Part shown: positions 25,786 to 36,306 of the stretch, piece after piece
How the letters are laid out: every line of letters begins with the position of its first letter
Position numbering within the stretch: the stretch's first letter is position 1
Origin: Canibacter sp.
GTDB lineage: Bacteria; Actinomycetota; Actinomycetes; Actinomycetales; Microbacteriaceae
NCBI GenBank assembly: GCA_052085365.1
Contig: JBQDFP010000010.1
Coordinates: 4,884-68,883, forward strand
Length of the DNA: 64,000 nucleotides
Reading direction: 5' to 3'
The notes under the pieces: generated by a model
Seen by the model: the letters and a program-made list of their open reading frames with translations, nothing else
Told to the model about the DNA's origin: nothing
The model's database searches: none
Made by a program: the position numbers and the translations under genes

Positions 25786-28700
25786 TCTCCGTCAAGTTCG
25801 TGCTGTGATGCGATCCACTTATCTTCGAGCTCAGCGAGTGTGTGCTGCATTGGCATGCTCAGTTCTCGATCGTCGGCGACATAGTACAGAACCGCGTCGA
25901 TCAACTTCGGGTCCGTACGAGACCAGAGCGCATACGCATGCCGATAGAGGTCGAGCTGATAGAAGCGGTCACGCTGTTCAGCAGTTGTACGAGGCGCTCG
26001 ACCAGTTTTCCAGTCAACAATTTCGATGCGGGTGCCGTCGTCTGTTTCCTGCTCAAACACCGCGTCAAGTTTGCAGACCAAACGCTGCCCCGCGAACGGG
26101 ACCGTGATTTCAAGTTCAACCGCACGTGCTTGACGCGTGGCCCAGCGTGACTTCTCGAAATTTGTTTTGAGTTGTTCTAGCGTCTTGCGTGCGTCAATCT
26201 GACGCGTCGGCACCGGTTCATCAACATGATCGGCTACAGCACTCCTCCCTGTCTCCTGAGCATCTACACCGAGTTGATCGTCGGGATCTTTCACCGAGAC
26301 GAGGTCGAGATCTGCGTCTGCATCAAACAGTGACTCATCAATTCCTGCGATTGTGAGCGCGCTCCCCTGTGCCGTCGTGAACCTGGCTTCGACCCATTCG
26401 TGGAATCGGTTGCCAATGTCTGCACCGCGATACGGACGTTGCGGAACTGGGCGTCTGGCGTCTTTGAGCGTTTGAGCGGGGTCGTTTACCGCATTATGGA
26501 AAGCCGACGCATTAATTCGGTCCGTCGTTTCATCGCTTCTCACAGCATCGGCACGCTGTTGCACCTGTTCAGCGAGCAGCACTTCAATTTCTTTAGGGAT
26601 TTGAATGTTTGTGTGCTGATCAGTGGGGTCTGCAAGCGCTTGTTCCACGGCACGTGCTGATGCACGCACAGCCTCTTCACGAGTGCCGAGGGCTGGCAAT
26701 GGCCAATGGAGGAGGTGTGTTGATTCATTTTCAGGTTTGTGCGTATGCGCGGTTTGTTCAGGGATCCTATTACCGAGTCCAATTTCGCGCAGTTCCGTGA
26801 TGTAGTGTGACGGCGGCATTGCTGACTGTTGGGTGTCCCAGAACGCACCACTCATCCAGAGGTTTTGTTTCGCTCGAGTGATCGCAACGTAGACTAACCG
26901 TCGTTCTTCGAGTTCATGAAATTCTCCGCGTTCACGTTTGTACTCATGAAATCGGTCGCGAAGTTCTTGCTGAGTTTCGCTTAAACGCCACTCAAATTGG
27001 GGCCTCGAAGATCGATCGCCGCGAAGTTCGTCAGGCAGTCGTGGCCTGGACAACCATCCACTCGCATCACGATCTTTTCCTGGAAATCTTCCTTCTCGCA
27101 TTCCGGGCAATGCCACGACATCCCATTCGAGGCCTTTAGCTTTATGTATGGTTAATATCTGCACGGTATGGCGTGAAGGCGCTGGAGTTGCGGCCTCAAA
27201 ATCGTCGGCTTCAGCAGAACGTCGAATCCACGCGAGAACAGCCTTCAGGCTGGGTTGTGTCAATAGCTTTTCTGCACGAGACACCTCAGAAACAAACAAG
27301 TCAAGGTTTGCCCGAGGGTCCACCCGACCGGACTTCGCCGGGTCTGACTCAACCGTCATGCTCTCTTTTCGAGGATGAACAGCCAGTTCAATATCGAGAA
27401 ATAGTTCTTGTTCACACGCACGAATCAACTCACTGATTTTTCCTGACGTGAGCCGACGAAGCCGATGCAGCATGTGGGCGGCCTCACGTAAGGCATGTCT
27501 GCCTCGGGCAGTGATGGTTCCCAACGCAGCGTGCGTGTCTGGCATGGTGCGGATCGCATCAAGGGCGTCAATATTCGTGACATTTCGATCCGGGTCAGGC
27601 AAGATCCGGTCTTCAGCAATGTCACTCTCGCTAAGCGGACGCTGAGAAATATCTCGATCAGCTAGCCATCGTGAGACGTCACTCAGAGCAGCAATATCAC
27701 GAATACCGACGTTGAATCTTGGACTGGCCAGCACCCGTAGGAGCGCATTGCTCGCATGAGTGCCGTCGACACATTCCAAAACACTCACCACGTCAGTAAC
27801 TTCTGGTGTGGAAAGTAGCCCACCAAGTCCAACCACATGGCTTGGAACGCCCTGTTCTCGAAGAGCTTCCGAAATTGCAAACATATTGTTCTTGTTTCGC
27901 ACAAGCACTGCCACAGTGGGCAATGGCTGCTGCGCTTGCTCGCGGTTGTGTCGTTGTGCTTTGATCCACTGCGCGAGCGCATCGAGCTCTTCGGACTTCG
28001 TTTCGAAATATTCAGTGTTGAGTGTGCCCGATTCCGCGTGCTCTCTCGGCCGCAATACTGGCACGTCTATGGTCGCAACCGCACGTAGTGGTGCGGATAC
28101 GTGGTTGGCGGCTTGTAAAACAACACGTGGGTTTCGCCAGCTCGTTGAGAGTGCGAGCTCTGCGCCTTCGCCGAGTTTCCCTGGGGCAGCAAAATGTTGG
28201 TGGAAGCTATCGAGCGCATCTGCAGCTGCGCCGCGCCAGGCATAAATTGACTGGTGTGGGTCCCCGACCCCCATCACGGCCGATCCTTGAAAGAGGTTGC
28301 TGAGCAAGCGCGTCTGTCCTACTGACGTGTCTTGTACTTCATCAAGCAGAATCACGCGGTAACGATCTTTCAAAGTGTCGCGTGCCGCGGGCAGTTCTAG
28401 CGCGATCTGCTGAGCGAAGGCAACTTGGTCTGAAAACTCAATAAACCCACGGTCCATTTTGGCCTGGCGGTACTCCATCGCAAGATCAGCCACAAGCTTT
28501 TTTTCAGCGACCTGCTTGAGCAGTTTGCGGATTTCCGCATATGTTTTTTCGGTGGTTGGATTTTTATCACTGTAAGGGAGTGTTCCCACTCGGGTAAATT
28601 CTTGAGTGATGCGTTTCGGTTGAGCGAGTGAGGTCACGAGGTGCTCGGAGGCTTCGTGTTCAAACGTAATGAGGTCTTTCGCAAGAGAGTCTGCGCTGAT

Positions 28701-29309
28701 ATCGAGCGCAAGCAGTCTAGGGTCTTCGCTAGATAATACGAGTTCAAGAGCAAGTTCTTCAGCAGCAGGTTGATCAAGAATAGTGGTTGCGACCCCGATT
28801 CCTGCATATGGGCCAAACTCGGTGACGATCCCAGCTGCAAATGAATTGTAAGTACTCACTTGTGGGACGTTGAGGCCGCCAGCCAGTTCAGTTTCGAGCT
28901 CATGTAACCGCTGAAGTTGTTGATCAGTGAGCGTAGACTGCCGGTCGCGTGCGTGTTGTGAAAACGCCCGGAGTTGTTTTCGAATTCGTTCATTTAATTC
29001 GCCTGCTGCCTTCACAGTGAACGTTAACCCGAGTACTTCTTCCGGAGCACACAGCCCGTTCGCAATGAGCCAGACAACTCGGTTTGCGAGAGTTTCAGTT
29101 TTACCACTTCCCGCGCCTGCCACGACAAGCGCGGACCCCTGAGGGAAAAGTTCAATTATTCGCTGTTGTTCGTGAGTTGGCGTCAGCGCTTTTTCTGGGT
29201 CTTTTGCCAAGAGAATCGCGATTTCTTGAGCCGAGAATGCGGGCATGGAATCTATTGAAGATCCATGAGCGGAAAAGTTGTTATACATTCTGAGGCTTCC
29301 CCTACTCAA
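25782..29309 (-). CDS. adnB: AdnB-type ATP-dependent helicase-nuclease subunit (UvrD-like motor + RecB-like nuclease)
   Basis: Walker A AGAGSGKTETL, LLDEVQDT, STSWRN and VAITRAKQNL. The C-terminal RecB nuclease has KLDAV...IVDWKTG. It is 1175 aa, and the start is ambiguous (29309, 29288 or 29246). Confidence 0.88.
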   Translation of the reverse strand: MSRGSLRMYNNFSAHGSSIDSMPAFSAQEIAILLAKDPEKALTPTHEQQRIIELFPQGSALVVAGAGSGKTETLANRVVWLIANGLCAPEEVLGLTFTVKAAGELNERIRKQLRAFSQHARDRQSTLTDQQLQRLHELETELAGGLNVPQVSTYNSFAAGIVTEFGPYAGIGVATTILDQPAAEELALELVLSSEDPRLLALDISADSLAKDLITFEHEASEHLVTSLAQPKRITQEFTRVGTLPYSDKNPTTEKTYAEIRKLLKQVAEKKLVADLAMEYRQAKMDRGFIEFSDQVAFAQQIALELPAARDTLKDRYRVILLDEVQDTSVGQTRLLSNLFQGSAVMGVGDPHQSIYAWRGAAADALDSFHQHFAAPGKLGEGAELALSTSWRNPRVVLQAANHVSAPLRAVATIDVPVLRPREHAESGTLNTEYFETKSEELDALAQWIKAQRHNREQAQQPLPTVAVLVRNKNNMFAISEALREQGVPSHVVGLGGLLSTPEVTDVVSVLECVDGTHASNALLRVLASPRFNVGIRDIAALSDVSRWLADRDISQRPLSESDIAEDRILPDPDRNVTNIDALDAIRTMPDTHAALGTITARGRHALREAAHMLHRLRRLTSGKISELIRACEQELFLDIELAVHPRKESMTVESDPAKSGRVDPRANLDLFVSEVSRAEKLLTQPSLKAVLAWIRRSAEADDFEAATPAPSRHTVQILTIHKAKGLEWDVVALPGMREGRFPGKDRDASGWLSRPRLPDELRGDRSSRPQFEWRLSETQQELRDRFHEYKRERGEFHELEERRLVYVAITRAKQNLWMSGAFWDTQQSAMPPSHYITELREIGLGNRIPEQTAHTHKPENESTHLLHWPLPALGTREEAVRASARAVEQALADPTDQHTNIQIPKEIEVLLAEQVQQRADAVRSDETTDRINASAFHNAVNDPAQTLKDARRPVPQRPYRGADIGNRFHEWVEARFTTAQGSALTIAGIDESLFDADADLDLVSVKDPDDQLGVDAQETGRSAVADHVDEPVPTRQIDARKTLEQLKTNFEKSRWATRQARAVELEITVPFAGQRLVCKLDAVFEQETDDGTRIEIVDWKTGRAPRTTAEQRDRFYQLDLYRHAYALWSRTDPKLIDAVLYYVADDRELSMPMQHTLAELEDKWIASQHELDGD

Positions 29310-32300
29310 AACTTACGGCCGGAATAATGTGAAGTGCACAATTTTTGATTCCGCCTTGGTCGTCTGTGCAGTGATGTTCAACCTGAGCAGTGAATGTTGG
29401 GCCGACCATGGAATCTGCGACCTTTACAACCCGATCTTCAAATTCTTGTTTCATGGATTCGTCCATCGGGGGTTGTGTTCTCACACGGTACGTGAGTTTC
29501 GTTGTTGCCTGGTCCGGGTGCACATATAACAGTCCCGCCCCATCAAGATTGGCGTGCTTGTTTCGCACCGGGTCATCAAGCGTAATTTCGCCTGATTCGA
29601 GTGCATATTGATATGCCATAAGTTGTGCGTCCTGTTCCGCATCCGCAACTGAGAGCGCGTTCTTTCCAGACTTCAAGTCCACGACCCGGACCGCGTCCGC
29701 GCCGCCCACGTGACGCGTCTCAATTCGATCAATCTTGCCAGCAACTTTTGCTCGACCTACTGTAAAAGAAAAGCTCACTTCTTGGCCTGCAGTCACCCAC
29801 GAATCGCTGTGTTGCTTCGCAACATAATCTACAACTGCGTTAACCATCTGTTCCGTGATCTGCTCTTGTCGTTCTGCCTCCCATTCAGCAGAAAATGGAA
29901 GTTTTTGCCAGTGTTCACGAATAAACCTTTTCATTGATTCCGGATCATTGTCCGCATCATCTGCTTGTTCAAACGCCGCGTGTATGAGCGTTCCGAGCCC
30001 GCTTGAAACAGAGGCGAGACTGGGTCCGCCGAGTTTGTCGAGCGCCCAGGACAGCGGGCATGTTTCTGCACGTGACATGTTCGACGGCGACACTCTTATT
30101 TGGGAGTTCGGGTCGCTCAGGTCAATGAGGGGGTCGTTCGTTGTTAATTCTCGGACCCCAAACCAGTCGTCAGGGTGCGCCCCTGGGACGTTATATCTTG
30201 CAAGGAGCGCGAGCTGGCGAGCAAGTTCGGTGTTGTCTGGGTTTGCTTCAAGGCCTCGTCGAAGCACTGCTACCATTCCACGAAGTGTGAGACCGGATGT
30301 TGGCACTTGCTCTACTTCATAGTTGGAAAAGTATTGCCAAAAGGAGCTCTTAAATTGTTCCGAGTTCTCAAGACCTACCGCGAAGAGTTTCCCTGTGCTT
30401 CGTGTCATTGCATGAACCAGCAACCGCAGCTCGTCATGCAGGGTGTCAATTCGCTCAGTTGTCAGCAGTTCTTCGCCGCGCAGCAGGCGTTCGAGAGCTG
30501 TAAGACCAAGCATGCTTCCGCGAGGCCGTAGGTTTGGCCATCTTCCATCTTGCAGTTCAGCCAGAATGACCAGTTCGTATTCTCTGCCAATCACACCTTG
30601 TGGGGTTGAGATCACGACAGCATCATCCGAGCTTGTTGCGGCGAGCGTGTCTTCGGGCACGTCAGAAGTCAAAATTTCAGCAAGAAGAGTGAGAATTTCT
30701 TGGGCCGAATCTTCAGAGCGTTCCAGCACAAACATGAATGCTAAAACCGCGTCAAGGGTCTGGTTTGCTTCGGCACGAACCGCTTGTTTCGGTGAAGTCA
30801 GTGCTGCTTCCTGGAGCTTGTGGGCAAGACCCGCCCCGTGCCAAAAGGTCCACACAATTTCACGTGCGATTGCGCCTTCAGAATGCATTCGTTTCGCTGC
30901 GGAGAAGTCATTTACCAGTCGATGAAGCTTTCGACCCGATGCGCTGTCAATCAGTGACGATTCGGGTACGGTCTGGAGGTATTCAGCAATGACGTCATCA
31001 CATCGGCGCGCTGCTCGGTCTAGCTCGTGGGCATTCTTTCGTTCTTGAAGCAGTATCGCAGTTCGAAGTCGACGTACTTCAACATTGTCGAGACCGCCGA
31101 GTGGGCCGGTTAGAAACTTTAGGAATTCTGTTGGCGTTGGTGTGCGTCCGGTGAAAACGAGTTCAAGAAGTGCAACCAAGTCGCGAATGATTCGATGTTC
31201 ACGGAGCACCATGCCACCACCAACAAGTTTGGTTGGTACGTCTTTAAAGGTCAGTTCGCTCGAGAGTAGCTCGGCCTCTAGACGGCTGCGACACAGGATC
31301 GCCATTTCGCTCCACGGCGTTGGTGCCTCGCCGTGAACGCCAAGCTTTGTCTCACGTAACCGGTGCGCAATTGCACCAACCATTTCACTTCGATGCGTGA
31401 ACTGCACCGCTTCGATATATCCTTCACCGGGAGTCTCTGCTCTCGCACGTGCTGAACGCTGCTGCCCAGCCGAAGCCGTACCGATCGCGCTGCTAACGGT
31501 GCGTGCGAGCGCACGAAGTTCGTTATTTCCCCGATGAACGAGCGGAAGCACAGCCCGTTGTTCATCAGCGAGCTGCTGACGGCCAAGCTTTCTTGAAATA
31601 CTTGCGCTGACTGATGTCACCAGTTCAGTCCGCTCACCCTGAAACGCCACCGTGGCAAGGTCTGGGTCACCAAAGCTCCAGACTGCAATTCCTCGAGATG
31701 CGCACTCCGCGACGAGCCCAAGCGCGCCCTCGGTGAGGTCCTGTGCATCATCAATAATGAGACGTGAAGGCATGAATCGTAGTTCACGATCTTCAGAATC
31801 TTGAATCAAACTGCGGGCAGCACGAAGCACGCCACTTGCGGTGAAGTAGTTTTTGTCACTGAGACGAACAGCAGCATTGCTTAAGACGCGGGCCGCTGCG
31901 ACCCACATGCCAGGCAGCTCGCCGAGGTTCGACTTAGCAATATGCTGTCGAGCAAAAGTTTCGAGCTGCTCAAAGCTCATGTTGTAGTCATCGCAAATTC
32001 GCCACAGATTTCGTATTTCTGCTCGGAATGTCTGCGACTCTCCCAGCTCAACCCCGAAGAGCCCGGTAGAAGCCTGTGTCATTGCTTCAGCAATGGCATC
32101 ATCTTGCATGTGACCGGTGATCAATCGCGGAGTTGGTTGACCGTGCTCGGCAGCAAACTTCGCGACGATCCAAAAAGCTAACGCAGTGGGGGTACGAACA
32201 ACCGAACCTTGAAGCGGCTCGCTCACCCGCGTTTCAATTCGTTTACGAAGCTTCATACCTGATCGCCGGTTGTGCACTAAGACGACACTGTGCTGTTTCT

Positions 32301-32478
32301 CGAGAGCGTCACTATGTTGCGCCTGAGTTTCGCGCGCAATCAGCTCAACTATCGTTTGCGTCTTCCCAGTGCCGGCAGCGCCAAGAATCGTTGCATGACG
32401 AGAACTGTCAAATCCCAAAATGGCCTGCTGGGTGGCATCAAGCTTCATGACTTCTACCCTAGTTTCTACTCCCGACAT
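29302..32478 (-). CDS. adnA: AdnA-type helicase-nuclease subunit
   Basis: Walker A GAAGTGKTQT, IIDDAQD, and a C-terminal RecB-type nuclease (GKIDRI...VVDLKSGK). Its stop overlaps the adnB start region by 8 nt. Confidence 0.85.
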   Translation of the reverse strand: MSGVETRVEVMKLDATQQAILGFDSSRHATILGAAGTGKTQTIVELIARETQAQHSDALEKQHSVVLVHNRRSGMKLRKRIETRVSEPLQGSVVRTPTALAFWIVAKFAAEHGQPTPRLITGHMQDDAIAEAMTQASTGLFGVELGESQTFRAEIRNLWRICDDYNMSFEQLETFARQHIAKSNLGELPGMWVAAARVLSNAAVRLSDKNYFTASGVLRAARSLIQDSEDRELRFMPSRLIIDDAQDLTEGALGLVAECASRGIAVWSFGDPDLATVAFQGERTELVTSVSASISRKLGRQQLADEQRAVLPLVHRGNNELRALARTVSSAIGTASAGQQRSARARAETPGEGYIEAVQFTHRSEMVGAIAHRLRETKLGVHGEAPTPWSEMAILCRSRLEAELLSSELTFKDVPTKLVGGGMVLREHRIIRDLVALLELVFTGRTPTPTEFLKFLTGPLGGLDNVEVRRLRTAILLQERKNAHELDRAARRCDDVIAEYLQTVPESSLIDSASGRKLHRLVNDFSAAKRMHSEGAIAREIVWTFWHGAGLAHKLQEAALTSPKQAVRAEANQTLDAVLAFMFVLERSEDSAQEILTLLAEILTSDVPEDTLAATSSDDAVVISTPQGVIGREYELVILAELQDGRWPNLRPRGSMLGLTALERLLRGEELLTTERIDTLHDELRLLVHAMTRSTGKLFAVGLENSEQFKSSFWQYFSNYEVEQVPTSGLTLRGMVAVLRRGLEANPDNTELARQLALLARYNVPGAHPDDWFGVRELTTNDPLIDLSDPNSQIRVSPSNMSRAETCPLSWALDKLGGPSLASVSSGLGTLIHAAFEQADDADNDPESMKRFIREHWQKLPFSAEWEAERQEQITEQMVNAVVDYVAKQHSDSWVTAGQEVSFSFTVGRAKVAGKIDRIETRHVGGADAVRVVDLKSGKNALSVADAEQDAQLMAYQYALESGEITLDDPVRNKHANLDGAGLLYVHPDQATTKLTYRVRTQPPMDESMKQEFEDRVVKVADSMVGPTFTAQVEHHCTDDQGGIKNCALHIIPAVSFE

Positions 32479-32605
32479 CTGCTGTTCCGGAGCGTCTCAC
32501 GTCAGGAGCATGCCCTCAGCGAACGCCGCAGGTTTTCCGGGAGGCAAGCGCTGCAACTCCCGTACACTCAAGAATGTTATTGAAGAAGATCATCGGGAGG
32601 ACGCT

Positions 32606-32833
32606 ATGGAGATCCGCATTGGCATTCAACAGTCACCACGTGAACTGACGATCGAAACCGATCAGAAAACAGACGGAGTTCGTAAGCTTATTGAGCAAGC
32701 ATACGCCGACGCTGACACGCAGCTGCTCAGTCTGACCGACTCAAAAGACCGCCAATACCTCATTCCGCTCGAGAGCATCAGCTATATCGAATTTGGTGGA
32801 ACTGAGTCCCGCAAGGTTGGTTTCGTAAGTTAA
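32606..32833 (+). CDS. DUF3107 domain-containing protein
   Basis: MEIRIGIQQSPRELTIETDQ...LIPLESISYIEFG is a conserved 75-aa actinobacterial protein. GGGAGGA lies 5 nt upstream of the ATG at 32606. Confidence 0.85.
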   Translation: MEIRIGIQQSPRELTIETDQKTDGVRKLIEQAYADADTQLLSLTDSKDRQYLIPLESISYIEFGGTESRKVGFVS

Positions 32834-33972
32834 GCAGTCCGTTCGAGTAACACGGCAACCTCGACGTGTCGAGTGTGAGGAAACATGTCAAACACTCGCA
32901 CTTGGCGCGCGCTAAAACTCGGCATCTTATCCAAATCTTGCGCAAGAGTGATCGGGTTGCAGCTCGAATACACCACATGTGGCAGATGAGAATTCTCTAT
33001 CCACTCGCTTAATTTATGACCGATACCCCGCCGCGGCGGGTTCACGATAAGCATGTCGGGGCGCAACTCTTCTCGACTCGTCACCGCAAACTCCGTCGCA
33101 TCCTGCGCAATAAACTTGGCTGCACTGTTACCTGATGCACGCATCGCATCAGCTGACTGGCGGGCAGATCTCACAGCAGCTTCGCTTGCTTCGACGCCGA
33201 GCACTTCTCGATGTACCGCTGTGCAATGTAGCGCGAAACCTCCCACACCACAGTACAAGTCCCACAAGGAAGCCGGTGACACTTCGTCCACCCAATGAGC
33301 GACTTGACGGTAAAGTTCACGCGCAACTCCAGTATTTGTTTGGAAGAAACTTCGCGGTAACAGCCTCAGATTCACGTCACCAAGTCGCATTGGCAAATCT
33401 GTTCCCCACAGCGCCCATTCCACATCACCTTCGAGCACGGCTTTGTGCTCCGGCAAAATATTTACCGTAACCGTACGAGCATTCGGTATTGAACGGTGCA
33501 ATGCGCTTGAGTGAGCCTCAATCACGTTTCCAGCATGCTCGCTACGCACCACGAAACGAATGAGAAGCTCCCCATCCGGTGACTCCGTGACGTGCACGAA
33601 CTTCAGCTCCCCTTGACGACGCGTCACATCGTACGGAGCGAGCCTTGTCGCGTTAAGAAACTCAGTGAGTTTTACACCTGCCTGATTCACGCCCGGTGAC
33701 TGTATTGGACACGCGGTGAGGTCGACCCCGGTTTTGCGCGGACCGGGTATACCCAGCGTGAGGTTCGCAGTGGATCCACCAACCACGAATTTTGCTCGAT
33801 TACGAAAGTTTTGTTGACCGGCGGTATAAGTTTTGAGCCATGTTGCGTGCTTAGCATGCGTGCCCAAGGTGGTACGGCACGAGGCTTCTTTATTGGCGAG
33901 CTGAACCGGGTATGGCGTTTCGATGAGACTGCATGAGGTGCATTCGCCTGCCGCAAAAAGCTCGCAATACAT
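32830..33972 (-). CDS. TrmA/RlmC-family SAM-dependent RNA (uracil-C5)-methyltransferase
   Basis: N-terminal Cys cluster MYCELFAAGECTSCSL (as in RlmC), SAM motif LWDLYCGVGGFAL, VNPPRRGIG, and the catalytic-Cys context VVYSSCNP. Confidence 0.85.
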   Translation of the reverse strand: MYCELFAAGECTSCSLIETPYPVQLANKEASCRTTLGTHAKHATWLKTYTAGQQNFRNRAKFVVGGSTANLTLGIPGPRKTGVDLTACPIQSPGVNQAGVKLTEFLNATRLAPYDVTRRQGELKFVHVTESPDGELLIRFVVRSEHAGNVIEAHSSALHRSIPNARTVTVNILPEHKAVLEGDVEWALWGTDLPMRLGDVNLRLLPRSFFQTNTGVARELYRQVAHWVDEVSPASLWDLYCGVGGFALHCTAVHREVLGVEASEAAVRSARQSADAMRASGNSAAKFIAQDATEFAVTSREELRPDMLIVNPPRRGIGHKLSEWIENSHLPHVVYSSCNPITLAQDLDKMPSFSARQVRVFDMFPHTRHVEVAVLLERTA

Positions 33973-33975
33973 GAG

Positions 33976-34695
33976 CTACGCCGTCAAATGTAACGAGTCC
34001 ATACGGCGCATGTGTGCCGCGGTCAGTTCAGTAAACACCGGTTCCATTTTCTCGGCGTCAAAGTTCTGGTGTTCGCTCAGACGTAACACTTCGCGCGCCA
34101 GTAAGAGCGTATCGCCGACAAGCCTGCGCCCCCACAGTGCCAAACTGTCCGTCAGCTCATGCTGCTGCTGAATTTCTTTTGCCAGCAGCGCCTGTAGTCG
34201 TTCTCGTCCAGAGTTTTCACGCAGTATTGCTTCGGCTTCTGCTGTGTATTTATCGTTAATGCCGTCTGCTAGGTCGGCAAAGAACTCGTCAAACAACCCG
34301 CCGACAAGCCAAATTGCAAGAACATGCTGATGCCAGTCCGGAACCGAAATACGACGAATGTACCGTTCAATCATTGGTGCAAATGGACGCATCACGTGAT
34401 GTGGTTCTTTATTACGGCGACCAAGCTCGGCCGTAAATCTATGGTGTTTTTGCAGCGCGTCACCCGCAACTTCAGCAAGAACTTCTTTCGCTTCCAATGT
34501 GGAAGCGCCTGACACGCCCTGGGTTGCTGCTTCATAGAGTGATAATTGAAGAAAGGCGACCATACCCAAATAAGGCACGATTCCGGGCGCAAACTCGGGA
34601 ATTTGAACCGGAACTGTATCGTCGACTCGATTGCCAGTACGCGACTTAGACGCCTGCGCCGTTGGCTTTTTGAAACGCTTCAACCATGAGAACAC
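33976..34695 (-). CDS. Ferritin-like fold protein (MiaE-like family)
   Basis: 239-aa helical ORF, ending 3 nt before the methyltransferase start. The assignment rests on recollection of the conserved actinobacterial neighbour, and no diagnostic motif was verified. Confidence 0.55.
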   Translation of the reverse strand: MFSWLKRFKKPTAQASKSRTGNRVDDTVPVQIPEFAPGIVPYLGMVAFLQLSLYEAATQGVSGASTLEAKEVLAEVAGDALQKHHRFTAELGRRNKEPHHVMRPFAPMIERYIRRISVPDWHQHVLAIWLVGGLFDEFFADLADGINDKYTAEAEAILRENSGRERLQALLAKEIQQQHELTDSLALWGRRLVGDTLLLAREVLRLSEHQNFDAEKMEPVFTELTAAHMRRMDSLHLTA

Positions 34696-34758
34696 TCAGC
34701 CAGTTTAGCCTCTCGCGTATGCCATTACCTGTTTCACACCCCCTGACGCTTACACTAG

Positions 34759-36306
34759 TTGAGGAACGGAGTGCCGCTGGTGCCTCCGTCGCTGCGCCTG
34801 GTGGAGAAGAAAATAGGGCGTAGACCTACACGCGAACAGGACGCACACTTGACAACTTTTGTTGAACTCGGTGTTGACGGTGATATGGCGAATGCCCTCA
34901 CTGATGCAGACATCGTAAACGCTTTTCCCATCCAAGAGCAGACGATTCCCCTAGCTATTTCGGGCCAAGACATTATTGGTCAAGCTAAAACCGGAACCGG
35001 TAAAACTCTAGGCTTTGGCCTGCCAATATTGCAGCGTCTCGGTGAAGCCCCCGAACCAGGCGTTCAAGCGTTGGTTGTAGTGCCGACACGAGAGCTCGCG
35101 AACCAAGTATTTGAAGACATCGCACTCGCTGCGAAAAATCGGGCCGTCCAGGTAGTCCCTATCTATGGTGGCAAAGCCTACGAAGGGCAGATTGAGCAGC
35201 TCAAACAGGGGGCACAGATTGTTGTGGGCACTCCCGGGCGACTTCTCGATCTGGCTAACCAGCGTTTGCTGGATCTCGGCAAAGTTCGCGAAATGGTGCT
35301 CGACGAGGCTGACAAGATGCTCGATCTCGGGTTCCTAGCCGATATCGAGAAGCTCTTTTCGCTTACCCCTGTCAAACGGCACACCATGCTGTTTTCTGCC
35401 ACCATGCCCGGAACGATTGTGACGCTTGCTCGACGATTCATGTCGAAGCCAATCCATATTCGCGCAACCGACCCGGATGAGGGAATTGCTCAGGCCAATA
35501 TTCGTCACCTCGTCTACCGTGTGCACTCGCTCGATAAAGACGAAATGATTGGGCGGATCTTACAGGCCGAAGGCCGTGGCAAAACAGTGATCTTCACACG
35601 CACTAAACGTCAGGCAGCCAAACTTCAAGAAGAACTCACTGATCGAGGATTCTTAGCAGCGGCCGTACACGGCGATCTGGGTCAAGAACAGCGTGAACGT
35701 CACATGGCCTCGTTTCGTGCCGGGAAAAAAGACGTTCTGATTGCTACTGATGTTGCGGCACGCGGCATTGACGTAAACGATGTCACTCACGTCATCAACC
35801 ACACGGTCCCTGACGATGAGAAGACCTACCTCCACCGTGTCGGTCGTACGGGCCGTGCTGGTCAGACCGGAATCGCGGTCACGTTCATTGACTGGGAAGA
35901 CCTCCACAAATGGACCCTCATCGATCGAGCCTTGGGATTGACTGGTGAAGAGCCACAAGAAACGTATTCATCATCTCCACACTTGCGTGAAGAACTCAAT
36001 ATTCCTGAAGGCGTAAAAGGACGCATTGTTGCGTCATCACGTGCGGCATCGGCCGGAGCTCGAAAGCATGAGCAGAAACCAACGTCATCATCACGGTCGC
36101 GAAATCGTCGCCGCTCCCCAGCACGCAGGGGCACCCAGGAGCAGTCTTCGCAGAATCATGAGCAGAACTTGTCGAGTGCAGACGGATCTGGAAATACCGA
36201 AAGCCCTCGCAAGCCGCGGCGTCGGCGCCGGCGGCGTTCAAACAACGCTGGTGCTCAATCTTCTTCACAGAAGACAAACCCAGAGCACAACACTTCCGAC
36301 AGCTAA
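34759..36306 (+). CDS. DEAD-box ATP-dependent RNA helicase
   Basis: Q-motif FPIQ, AKTGTGKT, PTRELA, DEAD (LDEADKM), SAT, ARGID and HRVGRTGRAG. The C-terminal tail is Arg/Ser-rich (RKPRRRRRRRS). The exact start is uncertain (TTG 34759). Confidence 0.92.
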   Translation: MRNGVPLVPPSLRLVEKKIGRRPTREQDAHLTTFVELGVDGDMANALTDADIVNAFPIQEQTIPLAISGQDIIGQAKTGTGKTLGFGLPILQRLGEAPEPGVQALVVVPTRELANQVFEDIALAAKNRAVQVVPIYGGKAYEGQIEQLKQGAQIVVGTPGRLLDLANQRLLDLGKVREMVLDEADKMLDLGFLADIEKLFSLTPVKRHTMLFSATMPGTIVTLARRFMSKPIHIRATDPDEGIAQANIRHLVYRVHSLDKDEMIGRILQAEGRGKTVIFTRTKRQAAKLQEELTDRGFLAAAVHGDLGQEQRERHMASFRAGKKDVLIATDVAARGIDVNDVTHVINHTVPDDEKTYLHRVGRTGRAGQTGIAVTFIDWEDLHKWTLIDRALGLTGEEPQETYSSSPHLREELNIPEGVKGRIVASSRAASAGARKHEQKPTSSSRSRNRRRSPARRGTQEQSSQNHEQNLSSADGSGNTESPRKPRRRRRRRSNNAGAQSSSQKTNPEHNTSDS